DNA of 63,456 nucleotides, counting the filler, from Ministeria vibrans ATCC 50519 (Eukaryota > Protista > Filasterea), in the NCBI GenBank assembly GCA_943704425.1. It is 17 parts of 17 records of this genome, joined end to end, with 100 filler letters (N's around TTAATTAATTAA, not from the genome) between each part and the next. Parts side by side here need not be neighbours in the genome. Positions count along the whole stretch, not along the records: positions 22,140 to 27,758 come from CALSCP010001940.1; positions 27,859 to 30,273 come from CALSCP010002724.1; positions 30,374 to 31,871 come from CALSCP010002711.1; positions 31,972 to 34,528 come from CALSCP010001447.1; positions 34,629 to 36,057 come from CALSCP010001869.1; positions 36,158 to 53,548 come from CALSCP010001025.1; 11 more parts are not named here. One strand, written 5' to 3'. Both the position numbers and the translations under genes were made by a program. Each line of letters starts with the position of its first letter. The first letter of the stretch is position 1. Under the pieces are notes generated by a model that was given only the letters and a program-made list of their open reading frames with translations, made no database searches and had not been told where the DNA came from. This document shows positions 26,919-39,300 of this stretch, in pieces.

Positions 26919-27553
26919 ATGTTCTTTGTTGCCGTTGCCACTTGGCGACTGGTACACGGTGAGCAGGCGGTGAGCAGGCGGGAGGAGTGGAAGGAGCGGA
27001 AGGACGATGACAAGACGAGTTTGACATTTCACACGGGTGTGCACTATGAGAACTGGAGTCGGACCTTCTCGTGTCGCCCCGGGGTATACTGTTCACCTAG
27101 GAATGCGACTGAGATGCAAGAGGTGAGATGTTTTTCGAAGGGAAAGAGTGATCGGTGCAGTCTCATTGTCGTTGACATCCGACAGGCGTTTCGCTATGCC
27201 CACGCACACCATCTTCCCGTGAGGCTTGTCGGCAGGGGACATTCTCCGTCGGACATTGCATGCACCGATGGCCTGATGATCTCGACAGCAAGACTAAAGT
27301 TGCTTCAGGTAAGAGAGAGAGAGAGAGATCGGGAAGGGGGGTTTGACTAATGTTTGGCACTTTGTAGGTGAACAAGGAACTAAAGCAGATCACAGTGGGT
27401 GCTGGAACACGCATTGCTGAAATGCATCCTGTACTGGCGGAAAGTGGGCTTGCGGTGAGCTGTCTTGGATCGATTTCCGATCAGACCTTCGTGGGCGCAC
27501 TGTGTACGGCCACACATGGCACCGGCGTGACCTTTGGCAATCTAGCAACAACT
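26919..27553 (+). CDS. GULO: L-gulonolactone oxidase / aldonolactone oxidase, N-terminal FAD-binding part, 3' truncated
   Basis: ENWSRTFSCRP, VGRGHSPSDIACTDG (flavinylation His), and LGSISDQTFVGALCTATHGTG. Confidence 0.85.
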
Positions 27554-27648
27554 GTAAGGCCAATACTAGAGAAAGGAAAAAGAAAAGGAGAGAGAGAGAG
27601 GAGGGAGAAAGAAACAAAGCGATAGAGAGAGGAGGGAGAAAGAAACAA

Positions 27649-27758
<110 letters not shown>

Positions 27759-28221
27759 NNNNNNNNNNNNNNNNNNNNNNNNNNNNNNNNNNNNNNNNNN
27801 NNTTAATTAATTAANNNNNNNNNNNNNNNNNNNNNNNNNNNNNNNNNNNNNNNNNNNNTGGAGAATCAAGTCTGAGGATTGGTGAGAAAAGTAAGAGAGG
27901 TGGGGGGGGGGGGGGTTTTTTCTGTTAGGTCTTGGGCGAACAACAATAATTGAGAACGCCCGCCACGTAATTCCTCATGCCCTGCGATCATAGCCACAAT
28001 GAAAGCAACTGCAAACCCATCACAATTAGTGAGAGAGAATTATTCACAATAGTCACATACGAGTAATGAGTTTAAGCTGAGAAGCACGGATTGGAGTTGT
28101 TGACGCGTTGCGAATCTGGGCGAATCTGGAAAAACTTGAGCTGGCTTTAATCTTGTTTAAAGACTCAATTCCAATACTCTAACCATCCCTTTCTCTGCTA
28201 AGTCTGCTCCTTCTGTCGCTC

Positions 28222-30093
28222 ATGCCACGTTCAGCATCGCGTCGTAACGCCTCGACTCTCGTCACGACGGAAATGAAGACAAATACGAAACCTCCTCCCT
28301 GCGACCCGACCCACCCAGCGCATACTCGCCAAGAACTCAACAGTGCTAAGCCCGTGCAACAGTCGGAACCGCAAAGGCGAAGGCGTGCTGCAACAAAACC
28401 GTTGGCGCGACATTCAAACGAGTTCTTAGCGCCACCCACAACCGCGACGACAATCACAGCAACCACCACAACCACACCTGTATCTATGGGCGTTACATCC
28501 TCTCCTCGAAAAGCCGACGTGTCGTTTGAATTCGACGATGACAGCGACGAGAGCACGACCGCTCATGTCACGCCAAAACGCACTCCATCTCAGCACCCAC
28601 CGACCTCCAAACGCCCAACAACTACCTCGAGCAGCACCACAACCACACCGGCCTCCATGAAGGCTACTTATACACCTCAAAAGGCGGACGTGTCGTTTGC
28701 TTTCGACGACAAGAGCAATGACAACACGACCGCACTCGCCACAACAAAACACACTCCACAGCGCCCACCAGTCATGTCCACACCCGCAGTCGCATCAGGC
28801 ACCACCCTGTCTCCACCCTCGGCCCTCACGCACAAGACACCCATTAGGACGGTGCCGGCGAAGCGAACACTTGCAGATTTCACCATGGAACGAGCTGCGT
28901 CCTCCACGCCGGCGAAGAAACGCAAGCGCAATGCTGAGGCCGACTTCAACACCAAGGCGGACGGTGAATTGGAGACACAGCGGCGCTATTTTGAGTCGAT
29001 TAAGAGCAAGCCATTGATCGACACGACGAATCTGGAAGAGGAAGAAGAGGAGGACGAGGACGATTTTGATGTAACACTCTCTATGCTCCGTCGACTGTCA
29101 GTTGTGAAGGTGAAGGGGAAGATTGTAAGCGTGCATGAACTGGTGCAGGACGTCTGCCGCTTTTGGAGCGTGGCAGAGAACAGGGAACGCTGGGAGGTAC
29201 TCAAAAAGATTGGGCGGCGGATGACGAGTGAAATTGACGAAGAATCCAAACGATTTTCCAATATGGGCTGGAGTCGCGCCGTTGGAGTGCACGGAGGGCT
29301 GTGCATGGAATTTATGATGAAGGGGGAGATGGCGGAGATGGTCCACAGTGAGGATGTGGAGGTGATAGTGCGACTGGCCATGGGTCTGTCGTTCATCGCG
29401 TCTGATGAGGGCGAGTACATCACAGCGGAGAAACACGCGCAGATTGCGTATGATCTGGTTGCGGTAGATGAGTCACTCCTGACTGCTGATGCCCTTCAGA
29501 CGTTTGCCACCATCATGCGACGTCAGGGCTTACTGACCGAGGCTCTGGGGATGTACCAACGCGCACTGGTGATACGCGAGTTGGCCCTTGGCAGCCATGT
29601 CAAAACTGCAAAATGCTTGCGGGGCATTGCCACTGTTCTGCGAAACCAAGGACATCTTGATATGGCTCTACAACACTACAAGCGAGCGCTGTCCATGCTG
29701 CAAATGAGCTCAGTAGTTGAAACATTCCTCTCCCAAATACCTGATAGTGCTCATCGTCATCTTTTGGCGCTCCAGGGTGAGATCATGGAAGGGATGGGAA
29801 CTGTTTTTCAACGGAGCGGCAAACTCACTGTCGCTCTTGAGTACTACGAGCGGTCTCGAGCCATCTTTGAAACCTCTACCTTATCTTTAGACCCTCGCAA
29901 GGCCATTTTGTGGCTTCGAATCGCCCTTCTCTACTCGATGACAGGGAGAAATGAGGACGCACTGGAGTACTACGCCAAACGGGCGCTCGCAATGCTATCA
30001 CAGCTGTTTGGAGAAGGAAACACACGGCTGGTCCAAAAGTCGCCAATGACACGGGGAGCACAGATCGCGTGTCCTCCTCGTCTTTCACCACCT
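28222..30093 (+). CDS. TPR-repeat protein (kinesin light chain-like TPRs) with a disordered Thr/Pro-rich N-terminus, 3' truncated
   Basis: 681-aa ORF with TPR-type units such as QGLLTEALGMYQRALVIRELALG and QGHLDMALQHYKRALSM. The ORF tail probably reads into an intron. Confidence 0.8.
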
Positions 30094-30847
30094 GGTACAG
30101 CATCACCTGCACAGGAGCGGGTGTCACTCGCTCAACAAAAGGCGCATGCTCAGGCAGCAACATCGGCTCCTTGTTCTCACTCATTCTCTCTCACTCTCTC
30201 TCTCGCACACGGTTGCTCATGGGCCTGGCTAGTCGACAGGAGTGGCTCTCAGGCGTTCTCTGTTTGACAGTGTNNNNNNNNNNNNNNNNNNNNNNNNNNN
30301 NNNNNNNNNNNNNNNNNTTAATTAATTAANNNNNNNNNNNNNNNNNNNNNNNNNNNNNNNNNNNNNNNNNNNNGCCGACGTGGTGATACTTCCACGTGCA
30401 GGAGAGGCCATTTCGACAAGCGCTCAGGGTCGATCGTTCTGACAACTTCAAACTGACAGGGTGTGAAAAAAAAATAAAAAAATAATAATAATAATAATTA
30501 ACATCATTATATCGACATTCGAGTGATAAATTCAGCGATTTGACATAGAAAACAAATTTGAGTTATTTGACAAATGGCAACCTACAATCCATCGGTTTAT
30601 CGTCAATCGGTTTGAGAACTTGTTATTTTTTGGACGTCAGGAATTTGAGACAAACATTGTAAAACTCTTTTTTTTTTTGGGTCGATTCAGATTTTCGTGC
30701 AAAACTTTATTGCTACAGAGACGCTAAACTCTTAATACATATGTCTTCAAAGATCTCATCCCATTAATCATACTCTTTATTAATAATCAATTGGAAAAGT
30801 CTTCTCTTCTTCTTCTATAATCATATTATACTCAGTTCTCTTTGACT

Positions 30848-31668
30848 TCACCAGTCACACGCATGAATGGTCGGCATGCACCGGTCCTGCTTGAGCGTCT
30901 TGTATTCGCCACTGAAGCGATTGGTGGTCTGGTGGAGTTCGTGGATCATGCGGTTCCAGTTGGACGCGTGGGTGGCGACGGCGTGTTGGCACAGGGCCGC
31001 CAGGTACAGATTGACAAACGAGTGGTACGAGTCGCTGTCTGATGATGATTACAATATTATTATGAGTATATTGGTATCATTATACGTCGCATAGTTGCTA
31101 AATGTGATGTTACCTCCTCCAACAATTTTGTTGAGACGATCGCCAAAGGTTGTGAAGACAATGTTAAAATCGGTGACGGCCTGCGCTGCCTTGATGACGT
31201 CCGGGTCCTCGGTCGACAGGAAAATGGTCTTGGCGGCAGGGTGCGCTGCCTGGATTTCGCGTGCCAGCATAAGATACTCGTCGAGGCCGTGCAGCGACAT
31301 TTCCTTGCCCTATCAAAATGTAATGATGAACAACGAACGACAGTGCGCCGAATGGATAGATACCTTGTCGCCGTGGCGGACGTGCATGCTGATGGCGTGC
31401 GGGGGCATCTCGCCCGTCTCGGGAAACATGCGTTGCAGCTCGGATTGTACCTTGTCAATGATAAAGCAAGCGGGGCGGCGCAGGGTGTAACGCAGAGCCT
31501 GGGCACGCCACCACGTGTGGTTTTGGCCAGGCACAGTGACAAAGGGCTCGGGTGCCAATTGGTGGTGGAATTGCAGACGGTTCTCAAAGGTCACCATACC
31601 ACCGTAGCCCCGTATAGACAGAACCCGTGGTGTGTTGTCAAACACATTGGCACCAGGGTCGTACTCGC
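30848..31668 (-). CDS. Alpha-1,6-fucosyltransferase-like glycosyltransferase (GT23/FUT8-like), 3' part
   Basis: WWRAQALRY, ISMHVRHGDKGKEM, IFLSTEDPDVI and SNWNRMIHEL; short GT-AG introns restore the frame. Confidence 0.78.
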
Positions 31669-31781
31669 TGAGAGAGAGAAGAGCGAGAGAGAGAGAGAGG
31701 AGAAGGAAAGAAACAAAGTGATAGAGATAGATAGATATAATTATACATACATAGTTATATATATATATATATATTGAGAGA

Positions 31782-31871
<90 letters not shown>

Positions 31872-31971
31872 NNNNNNNNNNNNNNNNNNNNNNNNNNNNN
31901 NNNNNNNNNNNNNNNTTAATTAATTAANNNNNNNNNNNNNNNNNNNNNNNNNNNNNNNNNNNNNNNNNNNN

Positions 31972-33672
31972 GTTGGTGGCTGTGGAGCCAATGGCTTTTG
32001 CGTCAACTCGACGTGCTTTTGTTCCAGCGGTTACCAAGGCGATGCCTGTGATGTGCCCGTGGTGGACACGACAGGATGCGCTGGTGGATGTGGAGCCAAT
32101 GGCTTTTGCGCCAACTCGACATGCTTTTGCTCAGACGGATTCAGTGGTATCAGTTGTCAGACTGCACCCCCCGTCAACGACACATCGTGTAGCCCCGACT
32201 GTGGTAGTGGCATTTGCCAAGCAGGAAAATGCTACTGTTTGTCGTCCGCAAAGGATGGCTGTTCGTCGACAGACCCGTCGTACTCGCTTGCGGCGGCGAC
32301 CCCGGCCGCAACGCCCACAGTGGATGTCTCGAGTGGCAGCTGCTCCATCGACTGTGCCAGTTACAATGCGACTTGCTTTGCCGGTCTGTGCTACGTTTCA
32401 GTTGCTACTTGTGATCAGCGTGTAAATGACACGGCGAGTAGTTGCGCTGCCTCTACTTCCGCCTCACCCTCGGCAACCCCTCTGGCTTCAACTTGCGCAA
32501 GCGAGTGCGTCAACGGAACGTGCGTCTCGGGCATGTGTCACTGTGTGTCGGGCTGGACAGGTGCTACGTGTAACGTCACCGTCTCAGCCGTGTGCGACCA
32601 GCGTGTTGACGAGGCGGTGAGCCAGTGCTCGGCAAACGCCGCAAGCCCAACAGCAACTACCGTGCCATGCTCGACCGACTGTGCGTCGCTGAACAGCACC
32701 TGCATCGCCGGCTTGTGTTACCAAACTGTGACTGTGTGCAATACGACGTGTCAGGATCGCATTGATGAGGCTGTCGACGAAGCAGTGAATATGTGTCCGA
32801 GTTCCGGCTGCCCTCAGAATTTTACAGGAGCCGCCTGCGATGTGCCCGTGTGCACTCTGCCCTGCGCCAACGGCGGCTCATGTGTTGCTCCGGACACATG
32901 CTCGTGTGCCAGCGGTTGGACAGGCAGTGATTGCGCTGTGCCCGTTTGCTCGCCGTCGTGTGGAGCCTTTGGGAACTGTACAGCACCGAACACATGCGAG
33001 TGTGACTGTGACCACACGGGCGCTCAGTGCGACACTCTCATTAACGTCTGCTTCCCCGAATGTCTCAACGGTGCCGTGTGTCTTGTGGACACGTGCTACT
33101 GCGAGGACGGCTGGCACGGTGCGGATTGCGGCACGGCCGTCAACGGTACTGCCTGCAATCCCAACGTCGCTGGCTCGAACTCGGGTGGAGGAACCTCGGG
33201 CATCATTGGATTTGTCATTGCCGCCATTTTTGGTATTCTCTGCCTCATCCTCCTCCTCCTGCTGCTACTGACGCGTCGGCGTCGCAAGCGCCAAACAGAC
33301 GAGTCTGGCCGTGTCAACGACGGCTCGTCCTCTCGCCAGAGTTTTGCGTTGCGGCCGCTCACAGACTCGCGCTTGTCCATCGGCTCAGTTGATGCGCCAC
33401 CCTCCTCAGCGTATGGCTCCCTTCCGGGCACACGCTCGCACCAGTCGTCGTTGTACGAGCCAGCGGCGGCTTCGTCCACTCTGAACTCCAACTCGTACCA
33501 GAGCCATCGGGAAATGGCCGAGACGTCCAATGTTTACCAGACGGTCGACGAGGCAATCATCTCGAATCCGGCTTATGAAACGGCGGCCCCTGTGCTCCCG
33601 CCCTCGCGTCCTCAGCGGCCCCCGCGCAACCCCAGCCAGTATTCCTCGAGCACGTCACAATCGTATGCGTAG
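31972..33672 (+). CDS. Type I membrane protein with tenascin-type EGF repeats and a Tyr-motif cytoplasmic tail, 5' truncated
   Basis: Many C-x-N-G-x-C...C-x-C-x-x-G-W-T-G repeats; TM helix IIGFVIAAIFGILCLILLLLLLL followed by RRRRKR; tail containing NVYQTV, NPAY and PxxP. Confidence 0.9.
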   Translation, partial: VGGCGANGFCVNSTCFCSSGYQGDACDVPVVDTTGCAGGCGANGFCANSTCFCSDGFSGISCQTAPPVNDTSCSPDCGSGICQAGKCYCLSSAKDGCSSTDPSYSLAAATPAATPTVDVSSGSCSIDCASYNATCFAGLCYVSVATCDQRVNDTASSCAASTSASPSATPLASTCASECVNGTCVSGMCHCVSGWTGATCNVTVSAVCDQRVDEAVSQCSANAASPTATTVPCSTDCASLNSTCIAGLCYQTVTVCNTTCQDRIDEAVDEAVNMCPSSGCPQNFTGAACDVPVCTLPCANGGSCVAPDTCSCASGWTGSDCAVPVCSPSCGAFGNCTAPNTCECDCDHTGAQCDTLINVCFPECLNGAVCLVDTCYCEDGWHGADCGTAVNGTACNPNVAGSNSGGGTSGIIGFVIAAIFGILCLILLLLLLLTRRRRKRQTDESGRVNDGSSSRQSFALRPLTDSRLSIGSVDAPPSSAYGSLPGTRSHQSSLYEPAAASSTLNSNSYQSHREMAETSNVYQTVDEAIISNPAYETAAPVLPPSRPQRPPRNPSQYSSSTSQSYA

Positions 33673-33802
33673 TGTGACACGTCAGGGTGTGATTAAAAGA
33701 GTGTGAGAGAGATAATGTGCATGATTGAGAGAGGTTATGAAAGAGAATTAATTTTTGATAAGGAAAAAGTAGAAAGAATTAGATTTGTGTATTGAACGAG
33801 GC

Positions 33803-34063
33803 TCACTTCTTCAGCTTCTCAATGAGTTCGGGGCAGGCCTTGAAGAGATCTGCCTCCAGACCATAATCAGCGACTGTGAAAAGAGAGAGAGAGAGAGAGA
33901 GAGTGAGTGTGTCAGCGTGCAAAAAGTGTGATGGACAGTTGAATGAAATACTTTCGAAGATGGGCGCTTCGGGATCCTTGTTGATGGCCGCAATGACCTT
34001 GGAGTCCTTCATTCCAGCGAGATGCTGAATGGCTCCGCTAATGCCAATCGCAAGGTACATGTC

Positions 34064-34140
<77 letters not shown>

Positions 34141-34382
34141 AAGAAACAAAGTGATAGAGAGGAGAAAGAAACAAAGTGATAGAGAAGAGAAAGAAACAAA
34201 GTGATAGAGAAGAGAAAGAAACAAAGTGATAGAGAAGAGAAAGAAACAAAGTGATAGAGAGGAGAAAGAAACAAAGTGAAAGAGAGGAGAAAGAAACAAA
34301 GTGATAGAGAGGAAGTGTCAGTGGTCAGTGTCTCTGTCACCTGTGCGTACCGGGTGCAACGCATTTGCCGGTTTGTCCAATC
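33803..34382 (-). CDS. ETFA: Electron transfer flavoprotein alpha subunit, 3' exons
   Basis: [10 protein letters not shown]|[36 protein letters not shown]...[11 protein letters not shown]. Confidence 0.95.
34136..34312. repeat. Intronic minisatellite, unit about GAGAAAGAAACAAAGTGATAGAGA(G/A). Representative array; the motif recurs in many introns beside (GA)n tracts
   Basis: About 7 near-perfect tandem units here. Related copies at about 3290, 8760, 12240, 22165, 27605, 31705, 37850, 42950, 46030, 48000, 49050, 57925, 59200 and 61300. Confidence 0.9.
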
Positions 34383-34705
34383 TGTAGAACACATAATCGC
34401 GTAAGAAAATGACCCATACAGTGCTTTCTCTATTATTTTTGGGGTTTCTATCCGCTTCTGACCCTCCTATCTTTATCAGTTTGGTTCTCTATCTATCACC
34501 CTGTCACACAACACTTTCTCCCCCCCCCNNNNNNNNNNNNNNNNNNNNNNNNNNNNNNNNNNNNNNNNNNNNTTAATTAATTAANNNNNNNNNNNNNNNN
34601 NNNNNNNNNNNNNNNNNNNNNNNNNNNNAAAAAAAAAAAAAAAAAAAAAAAAAAAACACTCTCACCCCCCTTGCTCATTTGCTCACTTGCTTTTCTCGGA
34701 CACAG

Positions 34706-34973
34706 AATAAAGTCAGTGAGGAAATTCTACTTCTCCATGCCACTATCGAAAGGATTCAGTACAAACGACGCAAAAACGTCTGGCACATCAAAACACTCAA
34801 AGGTACAAGATCAAGTGGCGAATCAATTACTGTCGCTCACTCGCTCCGTTGTGATAGGTGATCGCTTTCTGTTCGAAGCGCAAACGACCCATGAGATGGA
34901 CCACTGGGTGACGCTCCTGCAGGACTCGAGCGGAAGTAAGGCAGCCACGTTTGCGCAGGCAGCGCCCGAATGA
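34706..34973 (+). CDS. C-terminal spectrin-type PH domain of a 5'-truncated gene
   Basis: Spliced sequence EILLLHATIERIQYKRRKNVWHIKTLK|GDRFLFEAQTTHEMDHWVTLL fits the beta-spectrin/ARHGAP21-type PH consensus. Confidence 0.65.
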
Positions 34974-35110
34974 GGGGGCGCACTTACATTCCCACTCCCA
35001 GACATACGTTGTAAAAACATGTACACCACCCGGTTGTTTAAGATGAAAAGAAGAAGAAGAAGGGCAGTTTCAATAGACAAAATCACGATCAAGCGAGCCA
35101 GCAGGCTGTA

Positions 35111-35655
35111 TCAGCAGCATCCGCCGCCCCCGCCACCCCCTGCTTTCTTCTGGGGCGCAGCAGGGGTCACCTGGATGGTCTCCTTCTTGACAGGCGCAAA
35201 TGCCTCGACGGGCAGCCGCCTCGAAATGGTCTCGAACAACTCTTGCACATTAGTGGCCGTCAGCGCACTCGTCTCGACAAACACAGCGTCGACCAGCTCG
35301 GCGTACTCGGTCGCCGCCTCGCGCGACACCTGACGCTGCTCCTCCAGATCGCTCTTGTTCCCGGCAATTGCCAGAGTAATATTGCGCGGCCCCAACTGTT
35401 GCAATTCCTACAGTGCCACACACACCACACATTCAATGCGCGTCAGGTATAAACATCAAGTCCTCACCTTAATCCATGATTTGAGTGCTGTGAAAGTGTC
35501 CTCGCGTGTAATGTCATACACAACAATGGCCGCCGCAGCTCCTCGGTAGTACATGGGCGCCAGACCTCGATACTTCTCTTGCCCTGCTGTGTCCCAGATT
35601 TGGAACTTGAACTGTTGCCCTTCGACGAGCATTGTCTTGGACAGAAACGACGCTC
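35111..35655 (-). CDS. RAB22: Rab22/Rab31-like small GTPase (Rab5 group), 5' truncated
   Basis: [61 protein letters not shown] and ETSA; C-terminal CC prenylation site. Confidence 0.85.
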
Positions 35656-36157
35656 TACAACGCAATGGTTAGCCCTTTTGAACTCCCTCCGCACTGCAAC
35701 GACACACGCCGACCAACACTGGCGCATTTGCATGCACCTTAACGCACGACCCTCGCGCCTCGTCCACATGGCACATAGCAGCCGCAAGGGCGTCCACGCG
35801 AAGGACGCCACAGCGCCATTTCAAAGACGCTCTCATTACGCACACACACACACTCTCTCTCTCTTTCTCTCTCTCTCTTTCTCTCTTGCAACACAACGCA
35901 ACCGCTTCGGGTCGGTTTTCAACACTAATGCACAACACGTCTCTTTCCATCTCTCAGCGACGCAGCACAGGTGCGTCGTCAGCAGACAGAGACTCAACAA
36001 GAAGAAGAAAAGAAAAAAAAAAAAAAAAAAAACAAAAATATGGGTTTTTTGCTGTTGNNNNNNNNNNNNNNNNNNNNNNNNNNNNNNNNNNNNNNNNNNN
36101 NTTAATTAATTAANNNNNNNNNNNNNNNNNNNNNNNNNNNNNNNNNNNNNNNNNNNN

Positions 36158-36263
<106 letters not shown>

Positions 36264-36320
36264 TGACATTAAGTTGTATTTTTCATAATAATAATGATTC
36301 TTATTTTTAATAATTCTTAT

Positions 36321-39300
36321 TCACTCTTCTTCTTGGTCTCGCGCCAATCGCAAAAACACTTGCTCCAACGTCGTCATGGAGAACGCATAGTTCTCAATGC
36401 CAAGTCGCGCTCGATTGCTCTCAAGCTACACCAAAAGAATAGAGAGCGGTGAACTGATTATTTATTATCTGGTGCTTTCCATACCTCTCCAAACACCTGC
36501 GACAACAAAATAGGCGCCTCTGGATCGATCGGAATCTCCACGTTGAGACGATCTACCCATTGTTCAGTAACGCGCAGTGCAGGAAAGAGACTCTGCACAA
36601 AGGCGAGTGTCTCCGCGACATTGCTTGCTATATAAAAAGACACAATCAGATCAACACAAGACAAATATAATATAGCTGCGCGCACCAGTGATTTCTAGCT
36701 GATAGCCATTCCCGTGTGTCATTTTGAGCTCGCGGGAGGTACCAATGCACTGGAGGCGGCCATTGACAAGGATGCCCACGACGGACGAGAGGGCATCCGC
36801 CTCTTCCATCGAGTGAGTCGTGAGAATAGCCGCACGATCGTAGGCGGTGCCTGCCTGTGACCGCACACTGTTATTGATAGTGCTCCACAGCATCCGCCGC
36901 GCACCGGGATCCATTCCCGTCGACGGCTCGTCTGCAAGACAAAAAAAAAATCACCCGGCTGTCAATCATTTTCCTTTTTCTTCTTGTCATACTGCCCTCA
37001 CTCATCACATACCCATAATGAGCACACGCGGTCCCGACAGGAGACTGATCAGAAAGGAAACCTTTCGTTTTGTTCCACCTATGAATGAGTTAATAATCAT
37101 TAGAAAAACAGTGTCAAAACAACTGTCGCAGTCTCACCCGACAATTTGTGCACTCGGACATCTTTCCAGGCAAACAGCTTCATTGAATCGATGGCGGCGG
37201 CAACACGACGTTCGCTCTCGCTGGGCGGAAATCCCTTCAAGCGCAGATACAGATGAAAGATCTCCGAGACAGTGAGATCACCCCAGAGCGCATCAAATTG
37301 AGGACAGAAGCCCAAGTCACTAATGGCCTGCGGGTCTTTGAGTACATTACGCCCGCAGAGAAACGCGTCGCCTTTGCTCTGTGGGTGCAGTCCCGTCAGC
37401 ACCCCAATTGTAGACGTCTTTCCAGAGCCATTGGGACCCAACAGCCCAAACACCTATGAACATACCATTCGTTTTATTAATTCAAAGCAGCCCGCCAAAT
37501 CGACACCAAATTTCTCGACTTTGTACCTCTCCGTTTGGAATGCTCAGGTTCAGATCGGCGACGGCCATCTTGCCAATGCCCATAGATTTTGTGGCACACA
37601 GACGCGAGAGACATCCCCCACCGCCGGGACTGGTGCTGCGGCCCTTAACATAGTGCTTCTGTAGTCCCTTGACGTACACATATGCGTCGTTGGGCGTCGT
37701 CTCGTTCACTTTCGCCCGCTCCTGTGCGACATCTTCGGGTTCGGCCACAGGTTCCAGTGTGCGTGATTCGCCTTCGCTTGCCCGCCGCGGTCGCACAATT
37801 TCAATGAAGTACAGAAAGAACTACGAGGAGATAGAGGAGATAGAGAGAAACAAAGGATAGAAAGAGGGAGACATAAAACGATAGAAAGAGAGAGACACAC
37901 ACAAAGTGATAGACAGAAAAAAACAGAGGATAGAAAGAGAGAGACATAAAACGATAGAAAGAGAGAGACACACACAAAGTGATAGAAAAAAACAAAGGAT
38001 AGAAAAAAAGACACAAAATAAGATAGAACGAAAGAGAGAAACAAAGGAACAAAGGATAAGTCGGGTGAGAAGTGAGGAAGAGGAAGGTGACGAGCGGCTT
38101 ACGGCGTATATGATGCCTTGGCCGAGAGTAAGCAGCATGGTCGGCATAATAATGTTAGCGGGGTCCCAATAGTCGGCAGCGGTAGGACGCTGAGGCGGGA
38201 AGGTCGTAAGTAGTTTGGTAAGGTTGAGCTGGGTGAAGTAGAAGAGAGTGCCGAAAATGACGTAGGGCGGATCGATGACGCAGAAGACGTAGTGGAGAAT
38301 CATGGCGATGTGAGGGGAACCGGTCATGGCGAGGGGCGCAATGAAGGAGAAAGGGATGATGCCCAGGATGTTGACGAGGGGCGGGTAGGTGGTCTGGGCG
38401 GTGGCGGCTGTCTTGAAGGCACTGCTCAGCACATACGAAAATAGAGTCATCATGAAGACGTAGAGCAGCATCGCCACAATGAGAGGAAACACAGCGGCAC
38501 CCAGGAACGCCTTGATGTTGAAAGCAGCCGCGAGAATGGGCACACTTAGTGCCGTGACCATGTACCCAAGGACGTGTGTAGCAAAGAAGCTGCCCCAGTA
38601 CGTGACGGTGGTGGCACCCGCGATGCGCAGCTGATGGCGCAGGCCAAGCTCGCGGTCCGCCACGACCTCAATGAGGAAGCCGCTGGGAACCACCGAGAGT
38701 GCTGTGCCCATCAGGAAAATAGCGCCAAAGCTGGAGCCGTCAAAGTAGTCGGTGGTCTTGAAGGGAAGCGGGTCACTTGAGGCCATGATAGACGCCGTGC
38801 CGTTTGCGCCGGTAACGGATGCAACACTGGCAAACCAGGCAGATATTAGGGCGCCTGTGAGGGCTGGCATGGCGTGAATCATGGTGTCGTTGTAGGTGAG
38901 GGTGAAAGCAAGAGATGGGGCGGTCGCAGAAGCGTCGAGTGAGGTGACAGTCACGCCACCAATGTGATTGATCGAGGGGACTGCGTCGGGCGAAACAAGA
39001 CATGATGACATAGGGCCCGCTTCGCCGGGACACGCCGTGACCGGGTAGCTCAGGTGTGAGAGGAGAGGCGAGAGCGACCCACTAGTGCTGTTGAGAAACA
39101 TGAACGAGTTGGCCTGGTCATTGTACAGGGCAGCAGGATCGAGTGCGACGGGGCTCTGTGTGGACGGAGATGGAGTCGTTGACGAGCTGATGGCCAGGCC
39201 AACGATCATGAGCACAATGGGCACAATGTAGCGAAAGGTCATGAGGCGACCGTTGCGGACGGAGACGAGGCTACGGGCGTGCACGAGCGGCGCCATGAGC

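Noticed and set aside
31040-31113. Apparent in-frame stop or readthrough in the fucosyltransferase
   Set aside because: Explained by a GT...AG intron that restores the frame (IVGG|DSDSY); no recoding is needed.
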